NCBI GenBank assembly: GCA_937886445.1
Contig: CALGBY010000124.1
Span: forward strand, 1-21,621
Direction: 5' to 3'
DNA length: 21,621 nt
Source: an uncultured Clostridia bacterium
Lineage (GTDB): Bacteria > Bacillota > Clostridia > Christensenellales > Aristaeellaceae
Part shown: piece by piece, positions 6,376 through 14,318 of the stretch
How the letters are laid out: each line of letters begins with the position of its first letter
Position numbering within the stretch: position 1 is the stretch's first letter
Program-made: the position numbers and the translations under genes
The notes under the pieces: model-generated
What the model was told of the DNA's origin: nothing
What the model saw: the letters and a program-made list of their open reading frames with translations, nothing else
The model's database searches: none

Positions 6376-7755
6376 ATGAGCAACAAAGTTGAAAAGCTTT
6401 CCGGCAATCAGGTGAAGATCTCTTTTGAGATCGCCGCCGAAGAATTTGACAAGGCAATGGAAAAAGCCTATCTGAAGACCCGCGGCCGTGTGAATATCCC
6501 CGGTTTCCGCAAGGGAAAAGCCCCCCGCAAGGTCATCGAGAATTATTACGGTGAAGGCGTTTTCTATGATGAAGCTCTTGACGTAATCTTCCCCGACGCC
6601 TATGAAGCCGCCGTGACCGAAAACAACCTGCAGGTGGTAGACCGTCCCGAAATGGACAATGTGGAACAGATCGGCAGCGGCAAGGATCTGAAATTCAGCG
6701 TTAAGGTATTTGTCAAGCCCGAGATCACCCTCGGTGAATACAAGGGGCTGAAGGGTGTAAAGCGTCTCCACAAGGTAACAGAAGAAGAGATCAACCGTGA
6801 GATCGAGCGCGATGTGGAAAAGGAAACTACGCTGGCTGATGTGGAAGGCCGCGCGCTTGAAAACGGCGATATCGTCAATCTTGATTATGCCGGCACCGTA
6901 GACGGCGTTGCCTTTGAGGGCGGCACCGCCAAGGCGCAGACGCTTGAGCTGGGCAGCCATCAGTTCATCCCCGGCTTTGAAGAGCAGATGGTGGGCATGA
7001 ATATCGGCGAGGAAAAGGACCTGAATGTAAAATTCCCCGAGCAGTATCAGGCTGAAAACCTGGCCGGTAAGGATGCCGTGTTCCATGTAAAGGCAAACAG
7101 CGCGCAGGTAAAGGTAAAGCCCGAGCTGAACGATGAATTTGCGGCTGATGTGTCCGAATTCAGCACCTTTGACGAGTACAAGGCCGACATCGTGAAGAAG
7201 CTGGAAGAAAAAGCCGCGAAGAACGCCGACATCTCCCTTGAAAACGATCTGGTGCAGGCCGCTACCGACGCCGCAGACTGCGACATTCCCGCCGCCATGA
7301 TTGACGATGAGATCGAGACCATGATCCGCGAGCTGAAAATGCGCATGATGTATCAGGGCATCCGTTATGAGGATTATATCAAGTACACCGGCCAGACAGA
7401 TGAGCAGGTGCGCGAAATGTATCGCAGCGAAGCCCAGAACCGTGTAAAGATGCAGCTGGTGCTTGAAGCGATCAAGAACGCCGAGGGCATTGAGGTGACC
7501 GACGAGGATACCGAAAAGCAGTATGAAGAAGAAGCCAAGCGTGCCGGCAAGGAAACCGAGGAATTCAAGGCGACCCTGAACGACCGTCAGAAGGAATATC
7601 TTCGTGAGAATGCCGCGATCCGCAAGGTGGTGGATCTGATCGTTTCTTCCGCTGCTGTGACCGAGGAAGAAGAAAAGCCCGAAGTAAATGTCAACGAAGC
7701 GGCTGAAGCCATCCGTCAGGCTGCCGAAGAAGCCGGCATCGAAGACGAAGAGTAA
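6376..7755 (+). CDS. tig: Trigger factor
   Basis: MSNKVEKLSGNQVKISFEI... with PGFRKGKAP and an FKBP-type middle domain. ATG 6376 is preceded by GGGAGGAG. The 37 upstream codons in the track ORF (from 6265) look like a non-coding extension. Confidence 0.95.
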   Translation: MSNKVEKLSGNQVKISFEIAAEEFDKAMEKAYLKTRGRVNIPGFRKGKAPRKVIENYYGEGVFYDEALDVIFPDAYEAAVTENNLQVVDRPEMDNVEQIGSGKDLKFSVKVFVKPEITLGEYKGLKGVKRLHKVTEEEINREIERDVEKETTLADVEGRALENGDIVNLDYAGTVDGVAFEGGTAKAQTLELGSHQFIPGFEEQMVGMNIGEEKDLNVKFPEQYQAENLAGKDAVFHVKANSAQVKVKPELNDEFAADVSEFSTFDEYKADIVKKLEEKAAKNADISLENDLVQAATDAADCDIPAAMIDDEIETMIRELKMRMMYQGIRYEDYIKYTGQTDEQVREMYRSEAQNRVKMQLVLEAIKNAEGIEVTDEDTEKQYEEEAKRAGKETEEFKATLNDRQKEYLRENAAIRKVVDLIVSSAAVTEEEEKPEVNVNEAAEAIRQAAEEAGIEDEE

Positions 7756-7772
7756 CAAGCTTGTTGCCATAG

Positions 7773-7814
7773 CGCCTGCAGTAACGGGGTATATCTGTTC
7801 TGCAGGCGTTTTTT
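7773..7814 (+). terminator. Rho-independent terminator/attenuator between tig and clpP
   Basis: Stem CGCCTGCAG (7773-7781) / CTGCAGGCG (7800-7808), then TTTTTT (7809-7814). Confidence 0.7.
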
Positions 7815-7837
7815 GAGAAAATCAGGAGGTATAGAAA

Positions 7838-8440
7838 ATGTCCCTTATCCCCTATGTGATCGATCGTACGCAAAACGGCGAACGCGCGATGGATATTTAT
7901 TCCCGTCTGCTCAAGGACAGGATCGTTTTTCTGGGCGGAGAAGTGAATGACCAGAGCGCCAATTCCATCGTGGCGCAAATGCTGTTTCTGGACAGTGACA
8001 ACCCTGATGCAGATATCAACCTGTACATCAACAGCCCCGGCGGCTCCATCACCGCCGGTATGGCCATTTTCGACACAATGAAATATGTGCACTGTGATGT
8101 TCGCACCGTATGCCTGGGCCTCGGCGCAAGCATGGGTGCTTTCCTGCTGATGGCCGGCACAAAGGGCAAACGCCTTGCCCTGCCCAACAGCGAGATCATG
8201 ATTCATCAGCCCTCCGGCGGTGCCAGCGGTCAGGCCACCGATGTGACCATCCACGCGGAATGGCTGCTGAAAACCAAGCAGAAGATGAACAGGATGATGG
8301 CGGAAATGACCGGACAGCCGCTGGAAGTGATCGAGCGCGATGTGGAACGCGATCATTTCATGAGCGCGCAGGAAGCGCTGGCATACGGCATCATCGATGA
8401 GATCTATCAACCGCGTGAAAAAGGAAAGAAATCAGTATGA
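7838..8440 (+). CDS. clpP: ATP-dependent Clp protease proteolytic subunit
   Basis: 200 aa. Ser-His-Asp context [32 protein letters not shown] lies upstream. Confidence 0.97.
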   Translation: MSLIPYVIDRTQNGERAMDIYSRLLKDRIVFLGGEVNDQSANSIVAQMLFLDSDNPDADINLYINSPGGSITAGMAIFDTMKYVHCDVRTVCLGLGASMGAFLLMAGTKGKRLALPNSEIMIHQPSGGASGQATDVTIHAEWLLKTKQKMNRMMAEMTGQPLEVIERDVERDHFMSAQEALAYGIIDEIYQPREKGKKSV

Positions 8441-9750
8441 GTAAAGACGAAACGAAAAAGCAGCGCTGTTCTTTCTGCGGAAAAAGCACAGAGGACGGCA
8501 TCAAGCTGATCGCCGGCCCCGGGGTATGGATCTGCGATGAATGTGTGGACCTGTGCAACCATATTCTGAATGACACGGTCGAATCTACGCGTCCCCGCAA
8601 GGGCAGCCGTTCCCTGGAGATCCCCACCCCTGCCGAAATGAAGCAGGTGCTGGATGATTATGTCATCGGCCAGGAAACCGCAAAGCGCGTACTGTGTGTG
8701 GCTGTATACAACCATTATAAGCGGATCACCGCACCGAAAAAAAAGGATGATACCGAGCTGCAGAAAAGCAACATCCTGATCCTCGGCCCTACCGGCAGCG
8801 GCAAAACCTATCTTGCCCAAACGCTCGCCCGGCTGCTGAAGGTGCCCTTCGCGATCGCCGATGCCACCACGCTTACCGAAGCGGGCTATGTGGGAGAGGA
8901 TGTTGAAAACATTCTTCTTCGCCTGATCCAGGCTGCCGATAACGATATCGCGGCCGCCGAGCACGGCATCATCTACATTGATGAAATAGACAAGATCGCC
9001 CGCAAGGGTGAAAACATGTCCATCACGAGAGATGTAAGCGGTGAAGGCGTGCAGCAGAGCCTGCTGAAGATCCTGGAAGGCACGGTAGCCAGCGTGCCTC
9101 CCCAGGGCGGCAGAAAGCATCCCATGCAGGAATGCATCAAGATCGACACCACCAATATCCTCTTCATCTGCGGTGGCGCGTTTGACGGGCTTGAATCCAT
9201 CATCGCGAACCGTGTAGGTCAGAAAACCATGGGCTTCGGCACCCTCACGCTCACCGGCGAAGCGCGCAGCAATGAACTGCTCAGCCGTATCCAACCGGAG
9301 GATCTGATCAAATTCGGTTTGATCCCCGAGTTTATCGGCCGCCTTCCCATCACGGCAACGCTGACCGGCCTTGACGAAAACGCGCTGGTGCGCATTCTCA
9401 GCGAGCCCAAAAACGCGCTTACAAAGCAGTATGCCCGTCTGCTCGGTCTGGACCACATCACCCTCGAGTTTGAACCTGACGCGCTTACCGCCATCGCGCA
9501 CAAGGCAGTTGTTTTAAGATGCGGCGCGAGAGGCCTGCGTTCCATCATTGAAAAAGCCATGCTGGACACCATGTTCTCCCTGCCCGGGCGCAAAGATGTT
9601 GAAAAATGCATCATCACGAAGGACTGCATTGAAAACGGCGTCGCGCCGACACTGGTCATGAAAAAGGCACCCGCCCGCAAGGACGCCGGTGCCGGGGAAC
9701 TGGAGTACGCTGAGGAAGAAGCTCCCGCCAAAGGTGCAAAAAAGAACTGA
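8437..9750 (+). CDS. clpX: ATP-dependent Clp protease ATP-binding subunit ClpX
   Basis: N-terminal zinc ribbon CSFCGK...CDECVDLC and Walker A GPTGSGKT. The start overlaps the clpP stop (ATGA). Confidence 0.97.
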   Translation: MSKDETKKQRCSFCGKSTEDGIKLIAGPGVWICDECVDLCNHILNDTVESTRPRKGSRSLEIPTPAEMKQVLDDYVIGQETAKRVLCVAVYNHYKRITAPKKKDDTELQKSNILILGPTGSGKTYLAQTLARLLKVPFAIADATTLTEAGYVGEDVENILLRLIQAADNDIAAAEHGIIYIDEIDKIARKGENMSITRDVSGEGVQQSLLKILEGTVASVPPQGGRKHPMQECIKIDTTNILFICGGAFDGLESIIANRVGQKTMGFGTLTLTGEARSNELLSRIQPEDLIKFGLIPEFIGRLPITATLTGLDENALVRILSEPKNALTKQYARLLGLDHITLEFEPDALTAIAHKAVVLRCGARGLRSIIEKAMLDTMFSLPGRKDVEKCIITKDCIENGVAPTLVMKKAPARKDAGAGELEYAEEEAPAKGAKKN

Positions 9751-9758
9751 CGGCACGC

Positions 9759-9792
9759 GGGGACGGTCAAGCATACCGTCCCCCGTTTTTTT
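9759..9792 (+). terminator. Rho-independent terminator after clpX
   Basis: Stem GGGGACGGT / ACCGTCCCC followed by TTTTTTT. Confidence 0.8.
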
Positions 9793-9953
9793 GTTTCCGT
9801 AACGCGCCCGGCTGCGATATGTTGCTTTTCTTCTTCTGTTGCTGCCCGTTCCTCTCATGAAACGGGGGCCTGCATGCGATCCTGATCAAAAAAGACCAGA
9901 GAGGCCGTATTTTCCCTGAGCATTGCTCTATCCGGGTATATTTTCAAAAACAA

Positions 9954-10004
9954 CACAGCCGCGAATGTCATGAAAAGCATGGCATCCGCGGCTGTGCTGT
10001 TTTT
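9954..10004. terminator. Long hairpin (19-bp imperfect stem), probable bidirectional terminator serving the minus-strand SH3b gene
   Basis: CACAGCCGCGAATGTCATG (9954-9972) / CATGGCATCCGCGGCTGTG (9978-9996) with one mismatch and one G-U pair. It is T-rich downstream on both strands. Confidence 0.6.
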
Positions 10005-10067
10005 GTGCATTTGCTATATGAAGAACACAGTTTTTCCGTTATCCCGTTCTTCGCGTAAACGGCAGGC

Positions 10068-10964
10068 TTACGGGAGCATCACATTTTCCGCCGGTATAAA
10101 GCCGCACAGGCCTTCCGCCTCGGCTTCCACCCATTTTCCCTTTTCCGAAAGCACGGTGATCACTGTTCCGGTTTTCCATTCGCCTGTTTTCTTCGCCCCG
10201 GAGGCCGCCTTTGCCCGCACGGTCACCACTTTACTGCCGTCTGTGTTATCCTTTACGCACACAACAGCGTGCCCCAGGTTTTCCCGTTCTCCCCAATACT
10301 TCAGAACATTGTTTTTCATATATCCTTCGTTTTCACCCACACGCACCTTCGCCCAGCCATCCAGCAGCTCCGTTACCTCCAGCACTGTACCGTGCATCAA
10401 GGTGGCAACAGCCTTTCCGTTGTCTTTGGGCTCCGTACGCAATGTGGCCTTCCCGGTCTTTTCGGCAAACACGGTCGCCACACGCTGCTCTTTATCCACA
10501 AGGCTTTCATAAAAAACGATCGATACAGGCAGATAAACGGTTCCCTCCGCTGTCAAAACAACACACTCGGAGGTGCCGGGGTACAGCAGCTTCATCGCGT
10601 TCACGGAAGGAATGCCGTATTGCTGCAGCTGTTCATCCATCGTCAGCTTTCTCGGTGCGGGGGTAGAGCTCGGCATATTCTTTTTCACATTTTTGCCGTC
10701 TGTTTCCCTGATCCAGCCGAGCTTCACGATGTCACCGTCGCGATACTGAACAGCGCGAAGCCCTGCCGCAATGCCCAGATCCGCGCAGAGCGTTCCCGCG
10801 GGCAGCATACCGGATTCGACAGCCATTCCGTCCGTGATCTCGTATAATACGGTATCTTCCGTAATCAAAAAGCTCCAATAGCTGTCCTCAGTTTCTTCGG
10901 CATATATGCTTCCCGTCAACAGCGTCAGCAGGCAAAGCAAAGCGCACAATACCTTTTTTCTCAT
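10068..10964 (-). CDS. Secreted protein made of repeated bacterial SH3 (SH3b)-like modules
   Basis: I prefer ATG 10964 (MRKKVLCALLCLLTLLTGSIYA-EE signal peptide) over the track start at 11036, which would overlap the upstream gene. Recurrent SH3b-like endings: GWIRETDG, GWAKVRVGENEGYMKNNVLKY, GKWVEAEAEGLCGFIPAENV. Confidence 0.7.
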   Translation of the reverse strand: MRKKVLCALLCLLTLLTGSIYAEETEDSYWSFLITEDTVLYEITDGMAVESGMLPAGTLCADLGIAAGLRAVQYRDGDIVKLGWIRETDGKNVKKNMPSSTPAPRKLTMDEQLQQYGIPSVNAMKLLYPGTSECVVLTAEGTVYLPVSIVFYESLVDKEQRVATVFAEKTGKATLRTEPKDNGKAVATLMHGTVLEVTELLDGWAKVRVGENEGYMKNNVLKYWGERENLGHAVVCVKDNTDGSKVVTVRAKAASGAKKTGEWKTGTVITVLSEKGKWVEAEAEGLCGFIPAENVMLP

Positions 10965-10983
10965 TCTCTCACTTCCCCGTTTT

Positions 10984-11805
10984 CTACAGTTTCTTTCCCG
11001 TTTCCCAAAATGCGACAGCGGCGGCGGCAGCGGCATTCAGGCTGTCCGCGCCGTTGTGCATCGGAATGATCGCGCTGAAGTCGCACAGCGCCACCGTCTC
11101 TCTTTTCAGCCCGTCTCCTTCTGTGCCCACATAAAGAGCAAGCCTCTCCGCTTCCTTCAGCCGCGTGTCTGTAATGCTCACGCTGTTTTTATCCAGCGCC
11201 AGTGCCACGCAGAGATAACCGTTTTTCTTCAGTTCCTCCGTGGTTTCCCGTATATCTGTGCATCTGGCCCACGGTACCGAAAAGACGCAGCCCATGCTGG
11301 ATTTCACAGCTCTGCGATGAAGCGGATCCGTGCATGAGGGAGAAATGAGCACACCATCCATCCCCAGCGCTGAAGCGCTGCGCATTACAGCGCCCACATT
11401 CGCGGGATCGCGCAGATCCTCCAGCACACAAAGACGGCCGCCTGAAGCGATCAGCGCCGATACCTTCTTTTCCGGCGGCCGTTTCATTGCCGCGAGAAAC
11501 CCTCTGTTCATTCTGAAGCCCGTGATCTCATCAAGCAGCGCGCTCTCCCCCGTGTAAACAATGCTGCCCGGGCACTTTTCCGCAAGCTTCAGTGCTTTTT
11601 CAAGATGCCGTTTGTCCGTAAGAAAGGATACCGACTCTATCCCCGCCTCGATCGCGTGACCAATCACTTTTTCGCCCTCGGCGATGAACAGACCGTTCTC
11701 CGCGTTTCTTTGATTTGCAAGCTCGCTTTCCGTCAGGCGGAAAAAGCAGGAGATCCTTTCATCATCAAGGCCGGTGATCTCAAAGGCCGCTGTGTTCTCA
11801 CCCAT
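10984..11805 (-). CDS. TrmH/SpoU-family RNA 2'-O-methyltransferase
   Basis: Motifs LEDLRDPANVGAVMRSA, GTEGDGL and IPMHNGADSLNAAAAAAVAFWE. ATG 11805 is preceded by GGAGAAGG, whereas the track start at 11826 is a TTG. Confidence 0.85.
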   Translation of the reverse strand: MGENTAAFEITGLDDERISCFFRLTESELANQRNAENGLFIAEGEKVIGHAIEAGIESVSFLTDKRHLEKALKLAEKCPGSIVYTGESALLDEITGFRMNRGFLAAMKRPPEKKVSALIASGGRLCVLEDLRDPANVGAVMRSASALGMDGVLISPSCTDPLHRRAVKSSMGCVFSVPWARCTDIRETTEELKKNGYLCVALALDKNSVSITDTRLKEAERLALYVGTEGDGLKRETVALCDFSAIIPMHNGADSLNAAAAAAVAFWETGKKL

Positions 11806-11806
11806 C

Positions 11807-13168
11807 TCAGCGCCTTCTCCCTTCAAACCCGCATTCCCAGTGGGAGCAGTAATAGTATATCATATAAATGACCGAGGAGATCGCCCATGTGATCGGATAA
11901 GCCCAATAGATATACCTGATATCATTATACAGCTTCATCACAGTCCAGATATAGCCGACACGCAGCACGCACCAGACGCCCAGCATCACGATCATCGGCA
12001 CGATCGCTTTTCCCGCGCCCCGGCATACAGATGCTACCGAATGAGAGTACGCCAGAAGGAAGTAAAACAGTGAAGCTGTTCTCGCCTGCTCCGTACCGTA
12101 AACGATCACCTGCTCCGTTTTATCAAACAGCGAGACCAGCTGCGGTGAAAGAGCGTAGTAAAGAACACCTATCACTTCCGCCGCAAGCACGCCGGCAAGG
12201 ATGCCGAAGCGGGCGCCCTGTCTGGCACGATCCTTCTTTCCGGCGCCCAGATTCTGGCTGACAAAGGTGGTGATCGCCATATTGAAGCTGGTGATCGGTA
12301 AAAACGCAAAGCCTTCTATTTTGCTGTGTACACCGTACGCGGCAGTTGCCACCTCGCCGAAGGTGTTAATCTGGCTCTGTACGATCACATTCGCAAGGCC
12401 GATCACGCTGTTCTGTACTCCGCTCGGCACGCCGATACGAATGATCTCTCTCAACATATCCCTGCTGAGGCGCATCTTTTTCATGCTGAGCGGAAACGGA
12501 TAGGATCCGGAAAACATTTTGATACAGCACAGCACGCAGCTGGCCAGCTGGGAGATCACCGTAGCCACCGCGGCGCTCCAGACTCCCCAGGAAAACGCGC
12601 CCACAAAAAGCAGATCCAACGCAACATTGAGCAAAGAGGAAAAGATAAGGTAAAACAGCGGATTTTTGGAATCTCCGAGAGCATTCATCACACTTTTGAA
12701 TGTATTGTACATCACGAATGCCAAAGCACCCATGAAATAATAGCGAAAATACTCTACGGCTTCCTTCATATAGCTTTCGTCGGTATTCATCAGCCTCAGC
12801 AGAGAAGGCGTAAGCAAAACCCCTGCCACGGTCAGAAATATGCCGCTCAGAAAGCCAAGACAGATATTGGTATGGATCGCACGGCTTACTTTGTCGCTGT
12901 CACCGGCCCCGAAGTATTTGCCGATCACCACGCCCGCTCCCATCGTAAGACCGGTAAAGAAACTGATGAGCAAAAAAATCAGCGTTCCCGATGAAGAAAC
13001 AGCCGCCAGAGCGGCAGTACCGAGATAATTGCCTACGATCAAAGAATCCGCGGTATTATATAATTGCTGAAAAAGCTGACTGAGAAAAACAGGCAGCGCA
13101 AAAGCAAAGATCAGCCCCGCCGGTTTTCCCTCTGTCATGTCCTTTACAGCCATTCCGGATCTCACCAT
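11807..13168 (-). CDS. MATE family efflux transporter
   Basis: 453 aa and about 12 hydrophobic segments. The N-terminus ...GKPAGLIFAFALPVFLSQLFQQLYNTADSLIVGNYLG is typical of MATE proteins. RBS AGGAGA lies 5 nt before ATG 13168. Confidence 0.9.
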   Translation of the reverse strand: MVRSGMAVKDMTEGKPAGLIFAFALPVFLSQLFQQLYNTADSLIVGNYLGTAALAAVSSSGTLIFLLISFFTGLTMGAGVVIGKYFGAGDSDKVSRAIHTNICLGFLSGIFLTVAGVLLTPSLLRLMNTDESYMKEAVEYFRYYFMGALAFVMYNTFKSVMNALGDSKNPLFYLIFSSLLNVALDLLFVGAFSWGVWSAAVATVISQLASCVLCCIKMFSGSYPFPLSMKKMRLSRDMLREIIRIGVPSGVQNSVIGLANVIVQSQINTFGEVATAAYGVHSKIEGFAFLPITSFNMAITTFVSQNLGAGKKDRARQGARFGILAGVLAAEVIGVLYYALSPQLVSLFDKTEQVIVYGTEQARTASLFYFLLAYSHSVASVCRGAGKAIVPMIVMLGVWCVLRVGYIWTVMKLYNDIRYIYWAYPITWAISSVIYMIYYYCSHWECGFEGRRR

Positions 13169-13219
13169 ATCATTCTCCTATATAAACAGAAAAACCTGAC
13201 ACATAAGCGTCAGGCAGAG

Positions 13220-13306
13220 TGGTGCCGCTGACCGGGGTCGAACCGGTACGGTTTTTACGCCGAGGGATTTTAAGTCCCTTGTGTCTGCCTATTCCACCAC
13301 AGCGGC
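13220..13306 (-). tRNA. tRNA-Leu (anticodon UAA), CCA encoded
   Basis: Minus-strand sequence GCCGCTG TG GTGGAATAGGCAGACAC A AGGGA CTTAAAA TCCCT + long variable arm + ACCGG TTCGACC CCGGT CAGCGGC A CCA. It has a 7-bp acceptor stem, a Leu-type D arm and a TTCGA T-loop. Confidence 0.93.
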
Positions 13307-13312
13307 ATCATC

Positions 13313-13341
13313 AATATTATACTCCGTGTCCGGAATGATTT
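13313..13341 (-). promoter_or_regulatory. tRNA-Leu promoter TTGAAA-N17-TATAAT
   Basis: On the minus strand, the -35 is at 13336-13341 and the -10 at 13313-13318. The tRNA 5' end lies 7 nt downstream of the -10. Confidence 0.7.
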
Positions 13342-13343
13342 CA

Positions 13344-13369
13344 AGCAAAAAAACCGCGTTCTCCTTCGC
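13344..13369 (-). terminator. Terminator after the HExxH gene
   Basis: Minus-strand CCGCG-AAGGAGAA-CGCGG followed by TTTTTTT. The stem is short (5 bp). Confidence 0.5.
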
Positions 13370-13396
13370 GGGAAGACGCACCGGCCTCCCCGCGCG

Positions 13397-14257
13397 TTAC
13401 TCTGTTCCGATCTTCTGTTCCTCCATTTCGCGCAGCAGCTCAAACGGTTCCTCCCCTCCGCGGGAGGCTATGAAAGCCCATGCCTGCCCGGCGATCAGCG
13501 CCGCCCGCCGGGATTCCCGGAAAACATCTTCTTTTTCGATGTAGTTTTCCAGCCTTCCTCCGGGCATATATCCGTCCGCACCGATACCGATAAGCCTTTT
13601 TCCGAAGACGGGATCATATTTCCCTGTGGCACAAAGCAGTCCGATCGCGTCCGCCAGGATCTCATCGCGTACCGCGTCCTGATGCTCCGGAAAGAAACGC
13701 CGTGAAAACACATGAGTCAGCTCATGATACAGCCGAATCTTCGCGGACACCCTGTTCCATTCCTCTTCCCCGTACGGCGTTTCGGTATACGGGATGTCAC
13801 TGTACGGGCCGGAGCTGATGAAAAACAGCGCGTCCGTGCATTTCCGTTTATATTCCCCGTTCTCTCTCAACAGTTTCAGCCCCGCAAAGCGATCTTCGGG
13901 TGTGCCGTTCTTTGCAAGTTTCTCAAGCGCTTTTTCCGTTTCTTCCGCGTTTCTTACGCCGAACACCGTCATCGCCCCGGTCGTTGCCGGCACAGCAGGC
14001 GTGCTGCGGCATTTATGGCACACGGCATGCACGGCGCGCTCAAAATCCTCCCGCAGGGAAAATGTGAGACAGTACACCCTCGTACCCTCAAACGGCGTAA
14101 GGATCTCTCCTTTCGTCATTCCTGCAAAAGGGCGGTAGCTTTGCGTATCAGGGCGGATATTGTACGCGAAATAACGGTAATACTTATCGCTCTCGCAGGT
14201 ATCGTCACCGATCTCGAATGTCAGCTGCGGAAAAACCGAAAAGAAAAGATCCTCCAT
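13397..14257 (-). CDS. Hypothetical protein with an HExxH motif (putative zinc-dependent hydrolase); family not recognised
   Basis: ORF of 286 aa, with GAAGGGA upstream of the ATG. It contains LYHELTHVF followed by EHQDAVRDEILADAIG. No signal peptide or TM segment is evident. Confidence 0.6.
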   Translation of the reverse strand: MEDLFFSVFPQLTFEIGDDTCESDKYYRYFAYNIRPDTQSYRPFAGMTKGEILTPFEGTRVYCLTFSLREDFERAVHAVCHKCRSTPAVPATTGAMTVFGVRNAEETEKALEKLAKNGTPEDRFAGLKLLRENGEYKRKCTDALFFISSGPYSDIPYTETPYGEEEWNRVSAKIRLYHELTHVFSRRFFPEHQDAVRDEILADAIGLLCATGKYDPVFGKRLIGIGADGYMPGGRLENYIEKEDVFRESRRAALIAGQAWAFIASRGGEEPFELLREMEEQKIGTE

Positions 14258-14275
14258 ACGCCATTCCCTTCTGCC

Positions 14276-14310
14276 TTAAAACGGCACCGGAAGAAACCTC
14301 CTCCGGTGCC
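14276..14310 (-). terminator. Terminator after pgi
   Basis: Minus-strand GGCACCGGA / TCCGGTGCC stem followed by GTTTTA. Confidence 0.6.
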
Positions 14311-14318
14311 TTCATCCA

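Noticed and set aside
9793-9953. An unassigned segment of about 160 bp between the clpX terminator and the long bidirectional hairpin, as a possible sRNA
   Set aside because: I found no convincing promoter on either strand and only one short hairpin (CCCGTT...AACGGG) with no U-tract. A feature cannot be supported from sequence alone.
11807-13168. The two MATE genes (11807..13168 and 20554..21621) as a recent duplication
   Set aside because: They are on opposite strands, differ in codon usage and show no obvious nucleotide-level similarity by eye. They look like distant paralogues.
13169-13396. tRNA-Leu as an integration site for a prophage or genomic island
   Set aside because: There is no integrase, no duplicated tRNA 3' segment (att-like repeat) and no phage genes on either side. 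The flanking genes are ordinary.
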